A DNA stretch of 61,066 nt, filler included. It is 10 parts of 10 records of this genome, joined end to end, with 100 filler letters (N's around TTAATTAATTAA, not from the genome) between each part and the next. Parts side by side here need not be neighbours in the genome. Positions count along the whole stretch, not along the records: positions 1 to 8,881 come from SRR15195285_2516; positions 8,982 to 13,819 come from SRR15195285_2520; 8 more parts are not named here. The stretch is one strand, 5' to 3'. Below, in pieces: positions 1 to 11,069 of the stretch. The notes beneath the pieces are model-generated. The model saw only the letters and a program-made list of their open reading frames with translations, was not told the DNA's origin and made no database searches. How positions within the stretch are numbered: the stretch's first letter is position 1; the number at the start of each line of letters is the position of its first letter. The position numbers and the translations under genes are program-made.

Positions 1-63
1 GCAGGGGCAGGGGCAGGGGCAGGGGCAGGGAGGGCCCGCCTCCGCTCTGGGTCGCAGAAGCCG

Positions 64-3000
64 ATGGCGGCCAAGGAGATCGACCTCTACCGCGCGGTGC
101 AGTTCCTGGAAGGGATCGCGGATGGGGCGGACGTGGCGAAGACGATGCACCAGGTGGTGCGGCACTTCTTCGTGGACAAGTACAAGCAAAACAACCCCTG
201 GCACGACGTGCTGGACAACCGGCAGAAGCACTGCGGCGATGCCGATCGGTACAGCGCGGCGATGCAGCGCTTCATCCGACTCACGATGAAAGTGCTGCTG
301 GAGCGGAAAGCGCTGGGCGGACGCGACAACGCCTGGACCCAGCCGCTGCTGCACTGTTTGTTTGATCTGGAGAGCGACCCGACGCTCTACAACGACAAGT
401 GGGAGAATCCGCAGGGCAAGCACTACCCGACGATTCAGAAGGGCTGCCCGCAGATGTTTGTCGTGACGCGCGACAGCTTCATCGCCAACCGTGGCTCGCT
501 CGTCATCGCGCAGTGCATCAAGAAGACCATCTCGCAGATGGCCATGATGGAGAATTCGCTGAAGCAAAAGCAGGAGGCGGCAAAGGCGGCGGATGCAGGA
601 TCGGAGGTCCGTGCCCAAGCAACCAAGCAGGCAGACCTGATCAAGAAGCTGCGTAGCACCAACATCCAGTCCATCATGCAGGACGCAAAGCTGCTCATCG
701 AGACGAACAAACGCATTCGGAGCTCCCTGACTCCTCAGATGCCCGCCCCGTCCAACGTCGTCGACAGCGACAGCGACGAGGACCCGAGCGCGCCGGCCGA
801 GGCTGTGGCACCACCTGCCACCGTCCAGGTCCCGGATGAAGACATCTTGCCGCAGGTGGCCGCGATGATCGGCGACTACATCAAGCGTGATGCACCGCGC
901 CTCCTCAACGACCTGGACGCAGTGATGAAGCTGCTGCACAAAGTGTACGTAGGCCTGCAGGGAGGCAAGGACCTGACCATCGACATCTGGAAGGTCCTGG
1001 CGCTCGAAGCGCTCAAGGGGGATGTCCTGGTGGCTCGCATCGCCGCGCTGGACAAGCTCTTCGACCTGTCCCAGACCTGGGGTGAGCCGGAAGCGTTCAG
1101 CGCCTGGGTCGAGAGCGAGGGAATCATCCCGCTTGTCCTCGGCGAGCGAATGCCCGCCGACAAGGACGGCTACGTCAAGGCGGCTCGCGACCTGTTGCAG
1201 ATGACTGAATTCTCTAGGGAGTCGTTCTTGCCAGTGCTGGACGGAATGATCTTGCCCAAGCTCAAGGCGGAGCTTGTGCAGCAGCACCTGATAATTGATC
1301 TGTGCCTGCAGCACGCGGAGTTTCCAGCGGAGCTTTGGTGCATTGTACTGCAGCGGCTGGAGCAGCTTGTCAAGAGAGCAGACCCGGCCGCCCTCGCCCT
1401 TACCCGCAAACTCTTTACAGCTGAGATGATCCGCAAAGCCATAGAGAACCAACCAGAGGCGGTAGGCCAGACGCTGCATTTCCTTCGAGTCACCCTCGAC
1501 TACTGGACTACCCAGGCTGCAGAGGCACCGCCATCCTCAGGCGCAATGACAGAGGCAGAGAAACGGCGCGCGCAGCTTGTCTTCTGCTACTCAGAAGCGT
1601 GGCTGTGCGTGGGCCCGTCTGACGCCGCGGAGAATCTGCGCATTCCACTGTCGCAAAAAGTCGCCTCCGAAGTCGCCGACGTCACCGGCGGAGGTGGTCG
1701 CAAATGTCTGCCAGAGCAGCAGCCGGCGGCACTGGAACTGCTGAAAGCGCAGCTGGATTCACTCCGTCCCAACGTCTTGAAACCCGATGTGCTGAAGCCC
1801 GACGCGAGATACACACACGGCGCGGTCTTGCCGAACAAGGAACAAGTGGAAGAGGAGTGGCGCGACGCCATGACATTTGCGGTTGGGCATCGCGACAAGT
1901 TTGTCGCAACGCTCAATACCCTCGCACCTTCCGCTGGAGCCGAGGAGCAGCTGCCCTCTTCGGCGGCTGCCGCCGCTGCTGGGCTCACTTTGGTCGACCT
2001 TCTTCTGCAAGAGGTGGTGACCTACTGCGCCACCTGCACAGACAGCGAGGGGCCTGTGGACGGCGCGCGCGCGCGGCTTGCACTTGTTGAGAGGATGCAT
2101 CGTTGCTGCTCGACGATCTTACTATCTGAGAGCCACTTGCGCACGTTGCTACAGCTGGTGGAAATGGAGGGCGCTGACTCGGCGCGGATGGAAGCAATGT
2201 TGTTCGCGTGGCTACGCACAGCCTTTTCCCATGCACCAATGGTCAAGTACGATTTCCCGGGCCAGGTGTCGTACCCTTGCTTTGAGTCGAGTGCCAAGTC
2301 GACAATGCTGTCTTATCTCGAGCAGATGGCGGCACGGAAGGCTGGCGGGCTCTCTCCACAGGCGTTTTTCCTGTTCCAGAATCTACTTGTCGACATCAAC
2401 GGAGCGAGCGGCGCGATACAACTGCGCTCTTTCGAGGGCCACACCGCCGCCCCGTACGAATTCTACACTACGAGCGCGGCGCGCCCCGCCAACCTTCCTG
2501 CAGCGACAGAGATTAAATTGCGTGAGAGGATGGAGCGCCAAGCGAGCTCTTCACGTATCGTAGCGATGTCCAACGCTGGCGAGTTTCCCGTATACGGCCA
2601 GGCCAAGCTTCGACCAAAAAATCTCGATGGGCCCCAAATGGTCGGCCGGTGGCTAAAGATTCGTCAGGAGGACGCAAACAACGAGCTTGAACCGACTGGT
2701 GTATGGAAGGATGGTGTGCTCACTCGCTGCATTCCGGGCGGCTGGCAGGTGCAGCCACGTTTCGACATCGTCTACGTTGATGGGTCCCACACGAACAACT
2801 CCCTGCGGAGTCTACACTCCTGGTTCCTGATCGAGCCCTTGGAGGAGCAGCTCCCCCTGCTTCCTGACATCTACTACGTCGACGAGTCCATACTTACCGG
2901 CACCGACGGGCTGTGGCGAGCAGCGGTTTCATCGGCAGATGGCGACGTTGCACGACTGGCACAGAAACTGCTACTCAAGCTAGAGTGTACGATACTGGAA

Positions 3001-6000
3001 CAAGGAGCAGTGCGCGAGAGCGGTACGCACCAGCTGGGCGGAGTGAGCTCCAGCGGCCAGTCCCAGTTGATCCAGCGAGTCAAGACGGGCCTCGTAAACG
3101 CGCTCGGGGACGCGGAAGCAGCCGCTGTCATGGCCTACGTCAGCGTGCTGCAGCTCTTCGTCGACAAGTACACGTCGAACGCAACCCGCCGTGCACACGG
3201 CAGCAGCGTGCGCGGCCATCCATTGGAGCTCCGCGTTGACGTGACCTCCTTGCCTGGGGTGCACAGCAACACCACTGCCGCTGCGATCTACGCACAGGTG
3301 GCGGCAATGCGTGCAGCTGAGCCACTTGATCCGGACGAGATGGAGACAGGGGACAGTGGTGAGGAAGCACCGCCTATGTTCATCCTTAGGCACAAAGGTG
3401 GGGAGCTGCCCCGGGACTCGTTTCAGACGCTGCAAGAGTTAGGCATTCCACATGGCTGCGTAATGGAAGCAATGGAAGTGCGCGATGAGGAAGAAGAAGA
3501 TGCTGCACGGCAGCCGAAACCTTGCCCTGGAGATGCGCTGGCCTCGGATTCAGGATGGCTTCAGTTGCTGCTGTCATTACTCGCGTCGAAGCACCTGCCC
3601 CCTAAGGTTGGCGAGACTGTCTTTGCGCTGCTGAATTCCATTGCAACGTTTGGCTCTGAGATAGAGCGAATCAATGCCTCAGGCTTCCAGCTGCCTTGCT
3701 CCGATGGCGAGTCTGACGATGACACCGGTTTCGTGCGAGCCGCGTACACCCTGCAAGTCCTCGCGTCACAGCTGCGTCCAGCAGCGTCACCCATGGCTGA
3801 GTTGGCACCGGAGGGCGTGGAAGACGACGGTCTGTCAGCGTGGCGAGCAGGTCCTTGTGTCGTCTCGGACTTGGTGGATCTTGTGCAGTTCGCGCTGCGG
3901 CTACCTGCACGCTGCCAGCAGGCAGAAGGCACTGCGCTCTCGTTTACGGCCGCCGTCACTCTACCTACAGTGCTCGATCTCATAGCCGCCTGCGTCGAAG
4001 CAACCTGCAGCGACAAGGACATGACGGCGACCGATGGAAGCGATGGGATCATCCATTCGCTCGATGACACAGGGTTGGCCACTCTCAAGAAGGCACTGCT
4101 TGGTGCCGATGGCAATGGCCTTGCGATGCTTGAGACCATTGTCGCGCTGATGGCAGCTGGTGATGGACTCGCAACGCTTGCTTCGGCCGAGGTGAAAGCA
4201 GCAGGGGGCGCCACTGCGCTAGCGGCTCGCCCAGCACTGAAGCGGATGGGTCGACTCGCGACGGCAGTTCAGCGCGGTGCGGACGTCCTGGTGATGCTAC
4301 TGCAGCAGTCACAAACTCTGCTGCAGACTTTCTTGGATGCACCAACTCAAGGCTTGAGGGCTGTGTCGTCGCTACTGTTCGTCTCCAGCAACGAGGGTGT
4401 AAAGCGTGGTGTACGCAACGCATTGCGAGGAATTTCGGAGAGTAGTGAGGCCGCTGGGAAGGCTGTGTTTGAGCTCTGCACCCAGCACTGGCAATCATCT
4501 GCACCAGACACCACCACCAGCGCCGCTTCTACTGCACCCAACCCGCAGGTGGACTCGGCGCAATTCTTTGGGCTGCTGACGGACCTCCAAGGCACCACTC
4601 CAGCTGTCCGGGGACCGCTGCTCTCGATGTTCGTTCAATACTTAATGAACGTACCTCCCGCGACCGCTAGTAGTACCGCTGGCTCCGGCGATGCGGAGGA
4701 TGCTGACACACAGAAAGCGTTGGTGCACGTGCTTGAACTTGTCGCATCGTTGCTGCAGTCGATCGTGGTAGCAAAGGAGACAGGAGAGGAGACAGACAGT
4801 GGGACCGATCGCCCGAGTACCGCCTCGCTCTCCGCGCTGGCGGAGCGGCTCTTCACCCGCTTTCTTTTCACCGTCCCCGTCGATGGGACAGACGAGGGTC
4901 TGCCTATCTGCGCAACGCCGCCGCCACGCCGCGCTGCCTGTGCCGCGCTGGACTCGTTGTGCCGGCTGGACGGAAAGGTGCAGCATTGGATGGTGACGGA
5001 GCTCTGCAACTTTGTGAAGGTGACTGAGCCGCCACAATCGTATACGGGCTTCATGGACTTCAACGCAGATATGACAGACGAGTATTCCACACCGTACAAG
5101 TTGCGCAACTCCACCGGCCGCGCTGGGATCACCAATCAGGGAATGACCTGCTACATGAATGCATCACTCCAACAGATCTTCCACATCCCTGAGGCGCGAC
5201 AGGCTGTGCTCGACTCTGTTTCTGGCGTGCGAATCCAAATTTCGAACTCGGCAGATGTGCTGATGCGTATCCCGGGAACGGAGGAAAGCCCGCCCGCACT
5301 GGAAATTTTGATCAATGGTCAGCCTCTCACTAAAGAAGGTAGCGGGATTACCTACAATGCGACCACGGAGCTGTCCACACCGATGGCACCGGGAGTTTTC
5401 AAGATCAGTTTCAGAATTCCGGCGCGCGGCCTGGATTTCGCGATGGAGGGTATCGAGCTGCGGCGCTCTGGCAATTACGTGTACGAGCTTGTTGGGCAGA
5501 CAAACAATTCGTTCGAGCTACGCCAAAAGCCAAAGTCGTCCGAACTGCTGCCTCAGTTGCGGCGCTGCTTTTACTTCCTACAGGAGGGCAACGCGGCGAC
5601 CTACGATTCTTCCAAGTTATGCGACGCATGCGAAGGAATGCCAATGTTTGCCGAGTGGACAGAGAATCGTGTTCGACAGCAGTGCTGCGCAGGCGAATTT
5701 TTCCTCAATATGATGGACGCAGTCTCCGAAGGGTTGAAGGGGCTGCCATGCGCCGCCAGTTTGAAGCAGGTCGGCACGGAGTGGGAAACTACCAAATACT
5801 GCCATAAGTGCAACACGGCATATCCAGATAAAACAGAGTGGGCCCCCGTAAACGCGCTGACAACTTTCACAGAAGAGAGCAAACTGCGGTCGCTGTCCGA
5901 GTGTATCGATTGGGAGTGCAATCCAGGAATCTTTGATGGAAAGGGCGATAACCCACTGCTCTCACCGTGGTGCAAGGTTTGTGGCGATAAGGATGATGAC

Positions 6001-6939
6001 GAGCGAACGGTCACCTCCAAATGGCAGGCCATCAAGACACCACCGAAGGTGCTCACAGTTCATCTAAAGCGCTTCAATAATGTCTGGGACGACTGGGGTG
6101 GAATGCGTCAGGAGAAGAAAAACCACCGGATTGAATTCCCGTTGCGTTTTGACCTAGCACCCTACATGGCCGAGAATGTTCGTGCGAAGCAAGTGACTCG
6201 GATACAGGCCGAAATGGCCGCCCAAGCTGCGCCAGGAGGCGAAGCAGATGCATCCAGCTCAACAACTCAGGGAGCTGCGGACAGCGGAAGTGCTCAAACA
6301 GCGGGCTCGGGCACGAGTGATGGGAGTGCAGACGTTGATGCTGGCGAAGATGCCGACGCTGGTGAGCCGGTGTGGTACAGCTTTTTGGGTGCGATAATAC
6401 ACTCCGGTGTTGCGGGAGGTGGGCACTACGTGTCCATCGTTAAGCAGCCCGACGGTCGGTTTGTCTTGTTTGACGACAATGAGGCCATCCCGTTTGATGT
6501 TGCGAACATCGCGGACTACTGCTTTGGTGGTGAAGCAGAGGAGAGCGCAGGTGGCCGAGGTGGTGCGCGGGAGCGCACCAAAAACGCTTACATGCTGCTC
6601 TACCGCAGAGAAGATGCGTCGGTAGAACAACAGGGCGAGCCGGAGCCGGAAGTAGTGCCGGAGTCGGAGCAAGAGCAAGGCGGCAGCGCGGCGGTGGACG
6701 CCATTGCGCAAGCAGCCATGCGTGAAATGGAGGAGGAGTTACAGGTGGAAAATATGCGGTTGTTGCGGCGCGAAAGAATGTACCAGCCGGCAGTGATCAA
6801 ACTGTTCTACTCCATGTGCAAGTCGTACGTAGACAGACTGGAGAAGGAGAAGGCAGCGGATGATGCCTGGAGGGAAGAATACGATGGGGTCTCGGAGTCT
6901 GCAGAAGAGGTGCGTTTTCTCCGATCTACAAATGGTTGA
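64..6939 (+). CDS. Large ubiquitin-specific protease, USP9/24/34 (Fat facets)-like; first exon ends at 6909 and the gene continues
   Basis: Cys box GITNQGMTCYMNASLQQ, HLKRF, His box HSGVAGGGHYVS, FDD, AYMLLY. Long helical N-terminus with a ubiquitin-like segment (LRHKGGELP..FQTLQELGI). GT donor at 6910. Confidence 0.9.
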   Translation: MAAKEIDLYRAVQFLEGIADGADVAKTMHQVVRHFFVDKYKQNNPWHDVLDNRQKHCGDADRYSAAMQRFIRLTMKVLLERKALGGRDNAWTQPLLHCLFDLESDPTLYNDKWENPQGKHYPTIQKGCPQMFVVTRDSFIANRGSLVIAQCIKKTISQMAMMENSLKQKQEAAKAADAGSEVRAQATKQADLIKKLRSTNIQSIMQDAKLLIETNKRIRSSLTPQMPAPSNVVDSDSDEDPSAPAEAVAPPATVQVPDEDILPQVAAMIGDYIKRDAPRLLNDLDAVMKLLHKVYVGLQGGKDLTIDIWKVLALEALKGDVLVARIAALDKLFDLSQTWGEPEAFSAWVESEGIIPLVLGERMPADKDGYVKAARDLLQMTEFSRESFLPVLDGMILPKLKAELVQQHLIIDLCLQHAEFPAELWCIVLQRLEQLVKRADPAALALTRKLFTAEMIRKAIENQPEAVGQTLHFLRVTLDYWTTQAAEAPPSSGAMTEAEKRRAQLVFCYSEAWLCVGPSDAAENLRIPLSQKVASEVADVTGGGGRKCLPEQQPAALELLKAQLDSLRPNVLKPDVLKPDARYTHGAVLPNKEQVEEEWRDAMTFAVGHRDKFVATLNTLAPSAGAEEQLPSSAAAAAAGLTLVDLLLQEVVTYCATCTDSEGPVDGARARLALVERMHRCCSTILLSESHLRTLLQLVEMEGADSARMEAMLFAWLRTAFSHAPMVKYDFPGQVSYPCFESSAKSTMLSYLEQMAARKAGGLSPQAFFLFQNLLVDINGASGAIQLRSFEGHTAAPYEFYTTSAARPANLPAATEIKLRERMERQASSSRIVAMSNAGEFPVYGQAKLRPKNLDGPQMVGRWLKIRQEDANNELEPTGVWKDGVLTRCIPGGWQVQPRFDIVYVDGSHTNNSLRSLHSWFLIEPLEEQLPLLPDIYYVDESILTGTDGLWRAAVSSADGDVARLAQKLLLKLECTILEQGAVRESGTHQLGGVSSSGQSQLIQRVKTGLVNALGDAEAAAVMAYVSVLQLFVDKYTSNATRRAHGSSVRGHPLELRVDVTSLPGVHSNTTAAAIYAQVAAMRAAEPLDPDEMETGDSGEEAPPMFILRHKGGELPRDSFQTLQELGIPHGCVMEAMEVRDEEEEDAARQPKPCPGDALASDSGWLQLLLSLLASKHLPPKVGETVFALLNSIATFGSEIERINASGFQLPCSDGESDDDTGFVRAAYTLQVLASQLRPAASPMAELAPEGVEDDGLSAWRAGPCVVSDLVDLVQFALRLPARCQQAEGTALSFTAAVTLPTVLDLIAACVEATCSDKDMTATDGSDGIIHSLDDTGLATLKKALLGADGNGLAMLETIVALMAAGDGLATLASAEVKAAGGATALAARPALKRMGRLATAVQRGADVLVMLLQQSQTLLQTFLDAPTQGLRAVSSLLFVSSNEGVKRGVRNALRGISESSEAAGKAVFELCTQHWQSSAPDTTTSAASTAPNPQVDSAQFFGLLTDLQGTTPAVRGPLLSMFVQYLMNVPPATASSTAGSGDAEDADTQKALVHVLELVASLLQSIVVAKETGEETDSGTDRPSTASLSALAERLFTRFLFTVPVDGTDEGLPICATPPPRRAACAALDSLCRLDGKVQHWMVTELCNFVKVTEPPQSYTGFMDFNADMTDEYSTPYKLRNSTGRAGITNQGMTCYMNASLQQIFHIPEARQAVLDSVSGVRIQISNSADVLMRIPGTEESPPALEILINGQPLTKEGSGITYNATTELSTPMAPGVFKISFRIPARGLDFAMEGIELRRSGNYVYELVGQTNNSFELRQKPKSSELLPQLRRCFYFLQEGNAATYDSSKLCDACEGMPMFAEWTENRVRQQCCAGEFFLNMMDAVSEGLKGLPCAASLKQVGTEWETTKYCHKCNTAYPDKTEWAPVNALTTFTEESKLRSLSECIDWECNPGIFDGKGDNPLLSPWCKVCGDKDDDERTVTSKWQAIKTPPKVLTVHLKRFNNVWDDWGGMRQEKKNHRIEFPLRFDLAPYMAENVRAKQVTRIQAEMAAQAAPGGEADASSSTTQGAADSGSAQTAGSGTSDGSADVDAGEDADAGEPVWYSFLGAIIHSGVAGGGHYVSIVKQPDGRFVLFDDNEAIPFDVANIADYCFGGEAEESAGGRGGARERTKNAYMLLYRREDASVEQQGEPEPEVVPESEQEQGGSAAVDAIAQAAMREMEEELQVENMRLLRRERMYQPAVIKLFYSMCKSYVDRLEKEKAADDAWREEYDGVSESAEEVRFLRSTNG

Positions 6940-7015
6940 TACGATCTATACAATTCAATCATTGCGGTGACTGGCGTCCTAGATCTGCCCTGATGGTGCT
7001 GTTGAAATGGCACAG

Positions 7016-7153
7016 GAGGAGCGTGCCGCGACCCCGTTTCACGCAGGCGGTGAGTTTGCTGCTCAGGTGATGGAGTTAGCCACGACATGTTTCCTGAAGA
7101 TCGTGATACGCGCCAAGCACGGGCACTCAGCGATCAAGGCCTGGCTCACGGAT
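7016..7153 (+). CDS. Second exon of the USP9/24/34-like gene; more exons probably follow to about 8450
   Basis: Phase-0 intron 6910-7015 (GTGCGT...CACAG) joins to EERAATPF...ELATTCFLKIVIRAK...WLTD, followed by a GTGAGT donor at 7154. Later exons not resolved. Confidence 0.7.
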
Positions 7154-8855
7154 GTGAGTAACCAGATTCTACTGGTAGACAGTAGCTGTCTGGCTGCCTC
7201 AGTGAAGTAGAACAACGGCCTTTCTCATCTGAGCGTACCTGCTGCCGCCGCATTCTACTTCAAGGCATTCCATCCGCCCATTGACCGATGATCTTGCACT
7301 CTTGGGTTTAACTCGAGTACTCGGCTGATTGAATGGCTGACAGGTGCTGCACAAGTTAGTGTCGCTCTCACAGCTTGCAAGCTGTTGGCTGTTAAATTAT
7401 ATTGGTACCGAATCTGGGCTGGGCTATACCATCTGGTCCTTCCTGAGATGGCAAAAGCAAGTCCCATCTGACGCCCGGTGAGAGCCCCTAAACATCGCCG
7501 CTTCAGGCACCCGTCGGAATCGAACCTGATCTTGTGGCTGCTGTTGTTCAGGATCGGCTTCTGCAATCTCATCCTGAGCGCGCAGGCGATGGCAGAGGGG
7601 ACTGCGGATTACGAAAAGTGGATGACTGAGACACGCAAGATGTTCGTGGGCAATTACGCAGGCTGCAAGACGATTGAGCACAACATTGTGGCCATGACGG
7701 AGGACAGAAGGTGCTTCAGCCGTTGTCATGCTCCGCCATGGCATGGCCAGCGTTGCACGCTTGTCCCTTTTAACGGTGTTTGCTCTCTGTGCTGTGATCT
7801 TGTGCCGGCCGATTTCAACATCCAGGCCGATCGCGAACCGTGTGAGCCTGACTGTGACAAACTGTTTGGCCACGGTTAGCATCTCCGTTTGGTTCTGGTG
7901 GAACGGTCACTACAAAGGCGAGACGGTGGTGCAGCCAGGCGACTCTGTACGTTTCGATGGGCCACTGTGCATGGATGCTGGCCTGTGCTATCGTTTGTGC
8001 CGCCAGGAAAATCAGCGCGGTCAGAATGTGTCTATATTTTGAGTTGTGCTAACCGAGACGGCGTTGACTATGGCGCAGAGTAAATTTTCTACGAACCACG
8101 GCGACAAATGGCAAGCAACTGTCACAGGGGAAGCCAAGACAGTCCACGAGTGGACAATTGACGGCCGCGATGGAGGCTTTTGCGTAGGTTTCTTTTGCCA
8201 CGCCTTTAAATCTCTTGCTCGCACCGACCATTTGTTGTGCGGGCAAACATGCCTGACAGAACCTTAGTTAGCCGTTCCAGCACACGAGTGCGGTTGACTG
8301 ACGACCTCTTTGGTTTTTGCTGAACTCGCTGCCTGCTTCAGACTATGGAGGTTCGCCATCCTGCATACGAACAACTCGATCCGCGACAACTGGCAGGAGC
8401 GGCTGGCGGCGCCGGCGCAGGTCGGCCAAGTCCGCTCGTGCAGACTGGGATCTCGAGCGATGACGACTCTAGCTCAGGGGACGCGATGGACGGTGTGGAC
8501 TGAGCCGCAAGTACAGTCACAGTACCCGCTTCACGCACATGACCACGCAAAGCAGCAAGTTAGCGTGTATAGTGTGTATTGTCTGTGGGTTGAGTGGCAT
8601 TGCCCGCAGCTGCCACGACCGCTGCTACCGCCGCTACAGATGCTGTCTAGTCAGCCTGGCGTCTCACTGCGGACCCAGCACTCGCCTCAGTGCTGCTTCG
8701 CCACCTGCGTTGCGTGGATAAATCAATGTTAGCAACGCCCGGTGCTGCTGCTCGGCCTGTGCAGACGGCTGGCCGCACCTGGCTCGGTCCTTGTCGACTG
8801 GTGCTGTTCGATAGACACGTGTGCACATACACAAGACGATGCCTCAGTCAAACGT

Positions 8856-8881
8856 ACACACACACACACACACACACACAC
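8856..8881. repeat. (CA)n microsatellite at contig end
   Basis: acacacac... run directly before the linker. Confidence 0.9.
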
Positions 8882-8981
8882 NNNNNNNNNNNNNNNNNNN
8901 NNNNNNNNNNNNNNNNNNNNNNNNNTTAATTAATTAANNNNNNNNNNNNNNNNNNNNNNNNNNNNNNNNNNNNNNNNNNNN
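8882..8981. other. Artificial contig linker
   Basis: N44-TTAATTAATTAA-N44, stops in all six frames. Confidence 0.98.
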
Positions 8982-10059
8982 GCTGCCGCGGCAGGCGGCT
9001 GGGCTGGTGCATCTCCAGCCGCCGGAGTTAAGTCCGGTTCAGTGGTGGAGACCTGTAGCTGGAAAGTGCCACGGTCGAAACGGGTCTTGGGAGCTACCAA
9101 AATGGTCGCGCCATCGATCGCTGCCGTTGGTGTAAACTCGATGTAGGAGTTGCTGGGTCCGAACGGGCCATCGTCATTCTGAGCCAGCGCGGTGGTGCCG
9201 TCTGCATCGAACAAGGTCATTGTTGTGTCTTGCACGTGGTGAGTAGTGCCGTCCTCGATGTTTGTCCACATGTAGTACGTGATGCCTGCTTCGAGGTCGA
9301 TCTCGAAGTCCTCGCCATTCGCGTCGCGTACGTTGCCATACACAATGCCCATGTCTGCCCTGACTTCGACTTGGTCCCTACCCTCAACGACGCGGCACTC
9401 ATCTCCACAATCGCTGTCGTCGCAGAGGAAGATGTTGCAGTTGACTGAGCAAGACCAAGGCGGAGAGTCAGGCGCTAAGATGCATCGAGCGCGGAGGGAG
9501 AGTCATGGGCGTACAGTCCAGGCCGCCGTCCTCAGCGTCAGTGCCATCGTCGCAGTAGCCGTCGCCCAGCCTACATGTAAGTAGCGGCAGCATTGTGGTG
9601 TGAGCGGCTGGACATGGCAGATCAGTCTCGGTGGGAGCTCACCAGTGATGGGGTGCAGGGTTGCCGTTGCAGTCATCGATGAGGAGTGCGTCGTTGTTGA
9701 TGCCGTCCTGCGTCAGACGCACCCCAGCGTACGTTAGTTCGAGGTCGCTACCGGCCAGCGGGGCGACGCAAGACTCACGAAGAGATCGATCATTTCGTGC
9801 ACGGTCAGCGAGCCGCTGCCGTCGTCATCGAGCAGAGAGTACAGGGCCTCAAGCTGCACACAGCGCACGAGCACAGCAGTCAGCCACCTGGACGGTTCTG
9901 GGGCAGGAGACTGCTGCTGCGCACCTGCTCGAGGTTCAGCTCTTGGAGATGGCCGACAACGATCTTGTTCGCGGGCACCGCAATGCTCTTCTGTGGAGTC
10001 GCGCCAGCGGTCGCAATGAGCAAGGTCAGCGCCGCCGTCATCAGCGTGGGGGCCATCAT
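8982..10059 (-). CDS. Secreted multi-exon protein: signal peptide, EF-hand, LNR (Lin12/Notch)-like repeat, PPC-like domain; 3' end truncated
   Basis: ATG 10059 MMAPTLMTAALTLLIATAGA; exon LLDDDGSGSLTVHEMIDLF; spliced DCNGNP..WLGDGYCDDG...NCNIFLCDDSDC; EIDLEAGITYY..DTTMTLFDADGTTALAQNDD..SYIEF; GT-AG introns between exons. Confidence 0.7.
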
Positions 10060-10245
10060 GCTGTAGGGTGCTGTTCTCTATCCTGTCTGTGTGGTCCTGC
10101 GGAGACGGAGCGTTCGATTCTTGCACTGAGGCAAAATCAGCAGTTTGCCACAACTGGTTTTACATGCTGATGAGACAGAATCAGCTAATCTGCCGGAAAC
10201 AGTTGAAGAACCACTTGTCCAGTCAAAACTTCCTGCGTGATATTA

Positions 10246-10446
10246 GTCGATTTTGTCTCATCAGAATCGATCCGTGGAGCGGTGGGGGTGAAAAATTGGT
10301 AGGGGTGATGAGATCACCAAGGATTCCCCGGGATGGAGAACGGGATCAGATCGGTCGCACTCATGCTTACATCACCCCGGTTCCGACCTCTAGGGATCCC
10401 TAGTGATAAAGACTGATCAACATGAGTACAGCTCAGCCGCAATTAC
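10246..10446 (+). repeat. About 200-bp degenerate direct repeat, copy 1
   Basis: Aligns by eye to 10851-11069 (gtcgattttgtctca...aaaaattggtaggg...atcaccccggttccgac...gctcagccgcaattac). Confidence 0.9.
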
Positions 10447-10850
10447 TATGTACCCAGGTACTATCACCCGCTATTCATAGAATACTGGCGTACACGGTAC
10501 TACTAGTAGCTAGTATGGAAAGGTGATCTCACCGGACGGACAGGTTCCCCGCGTGGGTACCATGCATGTGTCAGCCGCAATTAGGTAGGAATCATACTAC
10601 AATCATTGTGTACACTGTACAGTACACCTGGATGCATGCGACCCCAGAACTCGACGTGATGGCTGAACTCAGCACATGCCGGGATCGCGGGAAAGTGCAT
10701 GGTGCGGATGCGTGTTGGTAGGGGATCCCTACCGGGTACGTGTACTAGCTACCGGTAGGTATAATAGTAGGGAGGATTCGGGATCTCTTTTCAATCGACT
10801 GACGTGACTGGAAATGGATCGACCTGGATTCCCCATTCTCAGGATCCTTG

Positions 10851-11069
10851 GTCGATTTTGTCTCATTCGACTCATCAGAATCGATCCGTCGCGAGCGGCG
10901 GGGCTGAAAAATTGGTAGGGTGATGAGATCAGCCAAGGATTCCCCAAGATCGGTCGCACTCATTCTTACATCACCCCGGTTCCGACTTCTAGCTACAATT
11001 AATAGGATTCCTAGAGTGATCAAGACTGATCAACATGAGTACGGTACAGTACAGCTCAGCCGCAATTAC
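10851..11069 (+). repeat. About 200-bp degenerate direct repeat, copy 2
   Basis: Homologous to 10246-10446 with short indels. Confidence 0.9.

Noticed and set aside
8882-8981. TTAATTAATTAA flanked by Ns, nine times, as a biological repeat or array
   Set aside because: Identical 100-nt construct with six-frame stops; an artificial joiner.
10246-11069. Direct repeat pair as a CRISPR array or LTR pair
   Set aside because: Only two degenerate copies of about 200 bp, no spacer periodicity, no TG...CA ends, PBS or coding interior.
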